This document shows, piece by piece, positions 7,245 to 13,252 of a stretch of 13,252 bases of DNA. A program made the translations under genes and the position numbers. Position 1 is the stretch's first letter, and the number at the start of each line of letters is the position of its first letter. Under the pieces are notes generated by a model. That model did no database searches, was not told the DNA's origin, and saw only the letters and a list, made by a program, of their open reading frames with translations. The stretch is from Candidatus Hydrothermarchaeota archaeon (GTDB lineage: Archaea > CAYFZR01): the NCBI GenBank assembly GCA_046760505.1, contig JBHIEG010000039.1, forward strand, positions 1 through 13,252. The letters run 5' to 3'.

Positions 7245-8510
7245 TCAATCACTTAAAGACCTTTGCCTTCTTACGTATAGCCTAAGTCCCTTGATATCTT
7301 CTACGACAACAGGAGTATCTTTTTCTATATCCCCCTCTAGGGATATGGCTTTCCAAATTTCTCCATGAATCTTGACCTCGCCCTCTGGTTTCAGTGGGGT
7401 TATGGTGATTCCTTCAAGCCCAACCATTCCCTCTCTTCCAGTAGTAGGTTTTCTTTTGAATGTTCTTATTACCGCTCCCAAAACAAGGATAAAGAAGCCG
7501 GCCGTTACAATTACGCTGGCCAATATCAAGTTGAAGGATACTTTGATGAATGGTTCTTTTTCTACATTAGGTAGTAACAAAGAACCCAGTATTAGAGATA
7601 TTATGCCCCCTACGGTTAAAGCACCGTAGGTAGGTGTGAGGAGTTCTGCAATGAATAAAATCAACGCAAAGATTATTAACGCTATTCCAGCCTTGTTCAT
7701 GCTTAAAACATTAAAGGACCATAGGGCTAGAATTATGCATAAACCGCCAAGAACTCCGGGTATCGTAGCACCAGGATTTGAAAGCTCTAATATTATACCA
7801 TAGATTCCTATCATAAAGAGTACGTATGCCACGTTTGGATTCGATAGGGTGTGGAGAATTTGTTGGCGCAGAGTCATCTCCTTGTACGTTAATCTTAGAT
7901 CTTTGGTGCTCAAGGTAATGTTCTCACCCTTTACACTAACATTTCTGTTATCTATCTTCTCTAATAAGACAGTTGTATTATCAGCGATTAATTCTATTAC
8001 GTTGAATTTTAATGCTTCTTCTGGAGTCGCAGACATGGATTTCCTTACTGCATACTCTGCCCAAGTGACGTTTCTGTGGTGTCTTTCTGCAAGAGCCTTC
8101 ATATAGGATGCAAAGTGTTCCGTTATTTTTTCAGGCACCTCTCCCTGACCCGTAATCTCTACTGGATGTGCTGCCCCTATTGTAGTGCCAGGAGCCATGG
8201 CGGCTATATGACTTGACATGAGAATAAATGTTCCCGCTGAAGCGGCTCTCGCGCCTGAAGGATAAACGTAAACTACCACAGGAGAATCGGAAGATTCTAT
8301 ATCTTTTACAATTTCCATCATAGAATCGCCCAATCCTCCAGGCGTATCTATTCTGATTATAATTATGTAATTCTCCTCTAAAAGAGATAGGTGGACGTAT
8401 TCTGCCACGGTAGGATCTATTACTCCTTTTACATCCAGTACTAATCCCTGCTTTCCAAAGACAGGAGCCATTATGAGCAGAATTATAAAGAGTATTAATC
8501 TCCTTCTCAT
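7245..8510 (-). CDS. nfeD: NfeD-family membrane-bound serine protease (ClpP-like domain, TM bundle, C-terminal OB-fold)
   Basis: Signal peptide, IDTPGG, ARAASAGTFI (catalytic Ser), APGTTIGAAHP and a Lys in 'PEKIT'. Several TM helices follow, then C-terminal 'PTTGREGMVG...PLKPEGEVKIHGEIWKA'. Confidence 0.92.
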   Translation of the reverse strand: MRRRLILFIILLIMAPVFGKQGLVLDVKGVIDPTVAEYVHLSLLEENYIIIIRIDTPGGLGDSMMEIVKDIESSDSPVVVYVYPSGARAASAGTFILMSSHIAAMAPGTTIGAAHPVEITGQGEVPEKITEHFASYMKALAERHHRNVTWAEYAVRKSMSATPEEALKFNVIELIADNTTVLLEKIDNRNVSVKGENITLSTKDLRLTYKEMTLRQQILHTLSNPNVAYVLFMIGIYGIILELSNPGATIPGVLGGLCIILALWSFNVLSMNKAGIALIIFALILFIAELLTPTYGALTVGGIISLILGSLLLPNVEKEPFIKVSFNLILASVIVTAGFFILVLGAVIRTFKRKPTTGREGMVGLEGITITPLKPEGEVKIHGEIWKAISLEGDIEKDTPVVVEDIKGLRLYVRRQRSLSD

Positions 8511-8557
8511 ATAGGAACTTTAAAATATTGAGTATATATTTATGTTTAGTGTTCAAA
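8511..8557. promoter_or_regulatory. Compact divergent promoter region shared by nfeD and rfcS
   Basis: 47-nt AT-rich gap between ATG 8510 (-) and ATG 8558 (+), with a central TATATATTTA tract and no obvious SD for either gene. Confidence 0.5.
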
Positions 8558-9514
8558 ATGGATATCCCTTGGACGGAAAAATACAGACCAAAGCGGCTTT
8601 CTGAAATTGTAGGTCAAGAGGAGATTGTGAAAAGACTGGAAACCTATGTGAAACTAAGAAATCTACCACATTTACTCTTTGCAGGAGGAGCCGGAGTAGG
8701 AAAAACTACATGTGCTTTAGTTCTTGCGAGAGAATTTTTTGGAGAAGAGTGGCACAGAAATTTTTTGGAATTAAATGCAAGCGACGAACGCGGGATAGAT
8801 GTTGTTAGAAATAAAATTAAGGACTTTGCTAGGACCATACCTCTCGGGGAGCACGGTTTCAAGATAATTTTTTTGGACGAGAGCGATGCTTTAACGCCGG
8901 ATGCTCAGAATGCTCTGAGGAGAACAATGGAGAGATATACGGCTACTTGCAGGTTTATTCTTTCCTGTAACTATTCTAGTAAAATTATACCTCCTATTCA
9001 ATCTAGATGCGCCTTGTTTAGGTTTAGGCCACTGAATTCTGAAGATATGACAAAAAGACTTAAATATATAGCGGAAAAAGAAGGAGTAAAGCTTGAAGAT
9101 GGCGCCATTGAAGCGACCATTTACATATCAGAGGGGGATATGAGGATGGCGATAAACATACTGCAAGCAGTATCTTCATTTGGAGAGACAGTAAATGCTG
9201 AGAAGGTTTATGAGATAGCAGGTACGGCGAGACCAGCAGATATAAGAGATATGATCAAACTGGCCTTACAAGGTAATTTTATGGGGGCCAAAGAAAAATT
9301 GGAGAATTTACTCACGAATTACGGAGTTTCAGGTTTAGACGTTATCAAACAAATCCACAAGGAACTCTTCAACCTAGATATACCCGATAAATTGAAGATT
9401 TTGATGCTTGATAAGACTGGAGAATTCGAATTTAGGCTGGTTGAGGGGAGCAATGAGAGAATACAACTTGAGGCATTGCTGGCGAATTTTGCTCTCTTAG
9501 GTAAAGGTGGTTGA
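8558..9514 (+). CDS. rfcS: Replication factor C small subunit (clamp loader), no intein; likely start ATG 8558
   Basis: PWTEKYRP, Walker A GGAGVGKT, ELNASDERGID, Walker B FLDESD, AQNALRRTME, IQSRC and GDMR motifs. Confidence 0.96.
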   Translation: MDIPWTEKYRPKRLSEIVGQEEIVKRLETYVKLRNLPHLLFAGGAGVGKTTCALVLAREFFGEEWHRNFLELNASDERGIDVVRNKIKDFARTIPLGEHGFKIIFLDESDALTPDAQNALRRTMERYTATCRFILSCNYSSKIIPPIQSRCALFRFRPLNSEDMTKRLKYIAEKEGVKLEDGAIEATIYISEGDMRMAINILQAVSSFGETVNAEKVYEIAGTARPADIRDMIKLALQGNFMGAKEKLENLLTNYGVSGLDVIKQIHKELFNLDIPDKLKILMLDKTGEFEFRLVEGSNERIQLEALLANFALLGKGG

Positions 9515-10421
9515 AATAACAATTTCAGGGCTCTCCTTCTCAAGGGAAATGGTAGAGAAGAACATACTTGTTATGGGGAAGGTAGACTATGAAGCCAGCC
9601 TTAAGATCTACAAAAAGGTGGGAGAAACGGGTTATGACAGGATAGCCTTCATAGGCAAGCGTGACTTGATAAAAACTCTTCCATGCGATTTGAGAATTTC
9701 ATGGCGAGAAATAAAAAATGATTCAATTATCGTTCCCATAGATTACTTTGAGATGAGCGAGTTTGAGTCATTGTATCATGCTGCGGCGGGATACCATCCT
9801 TCTTTTGAGGAATTAAAAATCTTGGAAAGAATACTTAATACTCTAAAAGAAAAGGGAAAAAACAAAGCCCAAGATTTTCAGGATATTGCTGAGGAGATTC
9901 TTGAAAGCGAAGGCGGCAGTGCAATTGAGAAAATAGTAATAAAATTAGTCGGCGGAGCTACGGAACGCTTATCTTGTGTACTGGGTGACGAAAGAGGACT
10001 GGAAAAAATGAAAGGAGACATTGTGATAGACGCTACGGAATTACCGGGTACCGGACAGAGAGCAATGCTTTTTACGCTCGCGAGCAGAATCCCTGCCTCG
10101 AATCTAGTAGTTTTTTTTGATAGGGGTGAAGTGCTCGCAGAAACCTCTCCATTCATAAGTTACGATTATACAATATTCAATGAATTGAGAAGGAGAAATA
10201 TTTTCTTTTTCCTGATCATAGAAAGCCTTGAGGGTATTCCAAAGATAATTCTGGATCAATTCAGGTATCATCTCGTAGGAAGGTTAAAAAAATTTGAGGT
10301 ATCTATACTTAGGGATTTCTACAAAATGGAAGCCAAGTTAGCTGATATAATTCTAGACCTCCCAGAAGGAGTCTTTTTGTTATTCAAGGATAATAAGTTC
10401 ATAGACGTTGTAGAGGTGTAA
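9507..10421 (+). CDS. Hypothetical protein; probable inactivated HerA/FtsK-superfamily (DUF87-like) P-loop ATPase
   Basis: Intact 304-aa ORF overlapping the rfcS stop by 8 nt. Segments collinear with HerA-family motifs are present, but the catalytic residues are substituted (see findings). CDS status is confident; the family call is by eye. Confidence 0.65.
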   Translation: MVEITISGLSFSREMVEKNILVMGKVDYEASLKIYKKVGETGYDRIAFIGKRDLIKTLPCDLRISWREIKNDSIIVPIDYFEMSEFESLYHAAAGYHPSFEELKILERILNTLKEKGKNKAQDFQDIAEEILESEGGSAIEKIVIKLVGGATERLSCVLGDERGLEKMKGDIVIDATELPGTGQRAMLFTLASRIPASNLVVFFDRGEVLAETSPFISYDYTIFNELRRRNIFFFLIIESLEGIPKIILDQFRYHLVGRLKKFEVSILRDFYKMEAKLADIILDLPEGVFLLFKDNKFIDVVEV

Positions 10422-10423
10422 CT

Positions 10424-11353
10424 TTGAGGAGCATCTTATCGGTTTTAGACTACAAGGATGTATTATTTGATCTGCTAAATTTTTCTAAATTTTTGAAAGA
10501 ACACAAGTTTCAGGAATTATTGAAGGGTAAAAGCCTTGGGATGATATTCGAAAAGCCTTCTACTCGCACAAGAGTCTCATTTGAAGTAGCAATGACCCAA
10601 CTAGGTGGTCATGCGCTGAATCTTTCTCCCGGAGATTTACAGCTTGCAAGAGGAGAATCAATAGAGGATACTGCAAGAACCTTAAGCAGATACGTCGATG
10701 CAATAATGATTAGGGCTAAGAAACATGAAAATTTGGAGCTTTTTGCTGAATACTCAGGCGTTCCTGTTATCAACGGCTTAACTGAAAGAGAACATCCATG
10801 CCAGGCTCTTGCAGATCTATTTACAATAAGAGAACACAAAGGTTTCGAATGCAAACTGGTCTGGATCGGAGATGCAAATAATGTTTGCAATTCTTTAATG
10901 CTTGGCTCATCTATTTTAGGCATGGATATGGTAGTTTCGTCCCCTAAGAAATACAAACCAAGACCAGAGATTTTCAATATTGCTAAAAAACTCTCAAAAG
11001 AGACTGGAGGAAAAATAGCGTATATAGAAAACCCAAAAGAAGCAATAAAAGATGCAGACATAGTTTATACAGATGTATGGGTGAGCATGGGAGACGAAGA
11101 AGAATACGAAGATAGAATCATCGCCTTTAAACAATATCAGGTTAATAAAGATCTCTTAGAACATGCTAAGGATGATTACATATTCATGCATTGCCTCCCT
11201 GCTCAGAGGGGACTGGAAGTAACTGACGATATAATCGATGGAAAAAATTCGGTTGTATTCGATCAGGCTGAAAACCGGCTTCATACCCAAAAGGCTTTAT
11301 TAGTATATGTGATGCTTGGAAGGCAGGCAGTAAGGAGGTTTTTGCATGGGTAA
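10424..11353 (+). CDS. argF: Ornithine carbamoyltransferase
   Basis: FEKPSTRTRVSFE (carbamoyl-phosphate site), HPCQ, TDVWVSMG, FMHCLP and QAENRLH motifs. TTG start preceded by GAGGT. Confidence 0.96.
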   Translation: MRSILSVLDYKDVLFDLLNFSKFLKEHKFQELLKGKSLGMIFEKPSTRTRVSFEVAMTQLGGHALNLSPGDLQLARGESIEDTARTLSRYVDAIMIRAKKHENLELFAEYSGVPVINGLTEREHPCQALADLFTIREHKGFECKLVWIGDANNVCNSLMLGSSILGMDMVVSSPKKYKPRPEIFNIAKKLSKETGGKIAYIENPKEAIKDADIVYTDVWVSMGDEEEYEDRIIAFKQYQVNKDLLEHAKDDYIFMHCLPAQRGLEVTDDIIDGKNSVVFDQAENRLHTQKALLVYVMLGRQAVRRFLHG

Positions 11354-12602
11354 GACGATGGCTGAGAAGATACTTAGCAAAAAATCTGGAAGAGATGCTT
11401 ATGCCGGAGATATAGTGCTCGCCGATGTAGATTTCGCCATGGGTCAAGACGGTACTACTCCTCTGGCGATAAAGTCATTCAACGAAATGAATGGAAAAGA
11501 AGTATGGAATGGGGAAAAAATCGCATTTGTAATCGACCATAGTGCGCCAAGCCCAAACGAAAAAATATCATCTCTCCATAAAATGATGAGAGACTTCGCA
11601 AAAAAAAACAGGATTAGTGTTTACGACATAGGCTCTGGAATATGCCATCAGGTAATTGTAGAAAATGGCCATGTACTTCCTGGCTCACTCGTAGTTGGTG
11701 CAGATTCTCATACTTGCACCTATGGTGCATTAGGAGCCTTTTCCACAGGTATTGGAAGCACTGACATGGCTGCGGTATTCATATCAGGGAAATTATGGTT
11801 TAAGGTACCGGAAACCATAAAGTTTACTATCAACGGAAACTTACAGGCAGGAGTTTACTCAAAGGATCTTATTTTATATTTGATTGGTAAAATGGGAAGC
11901 GATGGTGCAACATATATGGCTTTGGAATTTGAGGGGGACACTATTTCTTCTTTAAGCATGGATGCAAGAATGACTATTTGTAACATGGCAGTTGAGATGG
12001 GTGCCAAGACAGGAATGATAAAGGCGGATGAAAAGACGATAGAATGGCTGAGAAAAAGAACTTCTAAAAATTTTGAGGTTATAGATAGCGATGATGACGG
12101 TAGCTTTAACAAAGTAATAGAAGTTAATGCCTCTGATATTTCTCCTATGATTTCTTGCCCACATGCAGTAGATAACGTTAGACCTGTAGAAGATGTAGAA
12201 GGAATTGAAATAAACCAAGCCTTTTTGGGAACCTGTACCAACGGAAGACTTGAAGATTTAACCATAGCCGCGAAAATATTGAAAGATAAAAAAATAGATG
12301 AAAATGTAAGGATGATCGTTGCTCCAGCCTCGAGAGAGGTATTGATAAGGGGAATGGAAACAGGAATCATCCAAGAACTAATAAGGGCTGGTGCATGTCT
12401 AATATCGCCAGGATGCGGTCCGTGCGTGGGAACGCATCTTGGAATCCCGAGCGATGGAGAGAATGTTATATCTACGGCGAATAGAAACTTTAAGGGAAGA
12501 ATGGGTAACAGCAATTCATTTATATATCTCGCATCTCCCGCAACAGTAGCGATCTCAGCACTTCATGGAGAAATAAGAGATCCGAGAGAGGAGATAAAAT
12601 GA
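11346..12602 (+). CDS. 3-isopropylmalate dehydratase/homoaconitase family large subunit (LeuC/HacA)
   Basis: GKTMAEKIL, DH, GICHQ, GADSHTCT and NMAVEMGAK motifs; [4Fe-4S] ligands in GTCTNGR and CGPC; NRNFKGRMG and ASPAT. Substrate specificity is not resolved, so no symbol is given. Confidence 0.92.
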   Translation: MGKTMAEKILSKKSGRDAYAGDIVLADVDFAMGQDGTTPLAIKSFNEMNGKEVWNGEKIAFVIDHSAPSPNEKISSLHKMMRDFAKKNRISVYDIGSGICHQVIVENGHVLPGSLVVGADSHTCTYGALGAFSTGIGSTDMAAVFISGKLWFKVPETIKFTINGNLQAGVYSKDLILYLIGKMGSDGATYMALEFEGDTISSLSMDARMTICNMAVEMGAKTGMIKADEKTIEWLRKRTSKNFEVIDSDDDGSFNKVIEVNASDISPMISCPHAVDNVRPVEDVEGIEINQAFLGTCTNGRLEDLTIAAKILKDKKIDENVRMIVAPASREVLIRGMETGIIQELIRAGACLISPGCGPCVGTHLGIPSDGENVISTANRNFKGRMGNSNSFIYLASPATVAISALHGEIRDPREEIK

Positions 12603-13099
12603 TTTTTGAAGGAAAGGCTCATAAATTCGGAGACAACATAAATACGGATTACATCATCTCCGGAAAGTATAAGTTCTCTACTCTAGACATGAAAGAACTA
12701 GCAAAACATTTGATGGAGGATATAGACCCTAATTTCTACGAGAAAATCACTCCGGGAGATATAATTGTTGGAGGAAAGAATTTTGGTTGCGGCTCAAGCA
12801 GGGAGCAGGCACCTCTGGTAATAAAGCATGCCAACATTTCATGCGTTATAGCAAAGAGTTTTGCGAGAATATTCTACAGAAATGGAATAAACATAGGACT
12901 TCCTCTGATAGAATGCGAATCCGTTGATGAAATAAGCGATGGAGACTTAATCACTGTAAATTTAGAAGAAGGCAAGATAATAAACAGGACCAAGAATAGA
13001 GAGATTAAAACGAAAAAATTACCAGAATTCATGCTTAGAATACTCAGAGAAGGCGGTCTTGCAGAGCACTTTAAGAAGCATGGCGGTTTTAATTTCTAA
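12599..13099 (+). CDS. 3-isopropylmalate dehydratase/homoaconitase family small subunit (LeuD/HacB)
   Basis: [23 protein letters not shown] and [16 protein letters not shown] motifs. ATGA overlap with the large subunit. Confidence 0.92.
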   Translation: MIFEGKAHKFGDNINTDYIISGKYKFSTLDMKELAKHLMEDIDPNFYEKITPGDIIVGGKNFGCGSSREQAPLVIKHANISCVIAKSFARIFYRNGINIGLPLIECESVDEISDGDLITVNLEEGKIINRTKNREIKTKKLPEFMLRILREGGLAEHFKKHGGFNF

Positions 13100-13135
13100 A
13101 GAAGGGGGTCTTAAGTAATTTATACTGAATTTACA

Positions 13136-13194
13136 CTATTTCACCCTACCACCCCCTCTCTACACCCCTTATAAAATAGAGGGTGGAAATAGGG
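13136..13194. repeat. C-rich/G-rich imperfect inverted repeat with an internal (A)CACCC(C)T-type triplication
   Basis: CTATTTCACCCT (13136-13147) pairs with AGGGTGGAAATAG (13180-13192) with one bulge. Alternatively, CCCTA-CCACC..CTCT pairs with AGAG-GGTGG-aaa-TAGGG. Confidence 0.5.
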
Positions 13195-13252
13195 CGGATA
13201 AAAAGTTTAGAACGGAAAAAGAGTAAAAAAGTAGAAAACAACCCTCTTGTCT

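Noticed and set aside
8558-9514. Intein in RFC small subunit
   Set aside because: Walker A and downstream motifs are contiguous and the length (about 318 aa) is normal.
11600-11608. A9 homopolymer as a slippage or phase-variation site
   Set aside because: The frame is intact (Ala-Lys-Lys-Asn), and such runs are expected in an A-rich coding strand.
11855-12514. 219-aa antisense ORF, and similar ones at 83-289, 5001-5297, 8131-8556, 9878-10156 and 10609-11061
   Set aside because: They lie antisense or out of frame, wholly or largely within well-supported genes. They have Ser/Ile/Phe-rich shadow composition and no recognisable motifs.
13131-13200. Replication origin ORB elements or a CRISPR array
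   Set aside because: GTGGAAATAGGG only partly resembles an ORB and lacks the TTCCA/TTACA half in the right arrangement. No cdc6 gene or repeat-spacer units are visible in the window.

Overview
AT-rich, densely packed archaeal (euryarchaeal-like) chromosomal window of mostly housekeeping genes. In order: thioredoxin/glutaredoxin-like protein (-), archaeal-type PEP carboxylase ppcA (-), intron-containing tRNA-Trp(CCA) (-), a PH-domain membrane protein (+), a SHOCT-like single-pass membrane protein (-), a four-subunit pyruvate/2-oxoacid:ferredoxin oxidoreductase operon in gamma-delta-alpha-beta order (+), a Cys-rich radical SAM enzyme and an NfeD membrane serine protease (-), and a tightly coupled + strand run of rfcS, a 304-aa unknown ORF, argF and a LeuC/HacA-LeuD/HacB pair. 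Two observations stand out. (1) The 304-aa ORF overlapping rfcS looks by eye like a catalytically dead HerA/FtsK-family (DUF87-like) ATPase: Walker A, Walker B and the sensor Gln are substituted, while the arginine-finger segment is kept. (2) The 46-nt tRNA-Trp intron looks like a minimal single-guide box C/D RNA aimed at C34, and its guide pairing excludes the splicing BHB fold. No mobile element or CRISPR array was seen. All family calls come from motif recognition by eye; no database searches were run.
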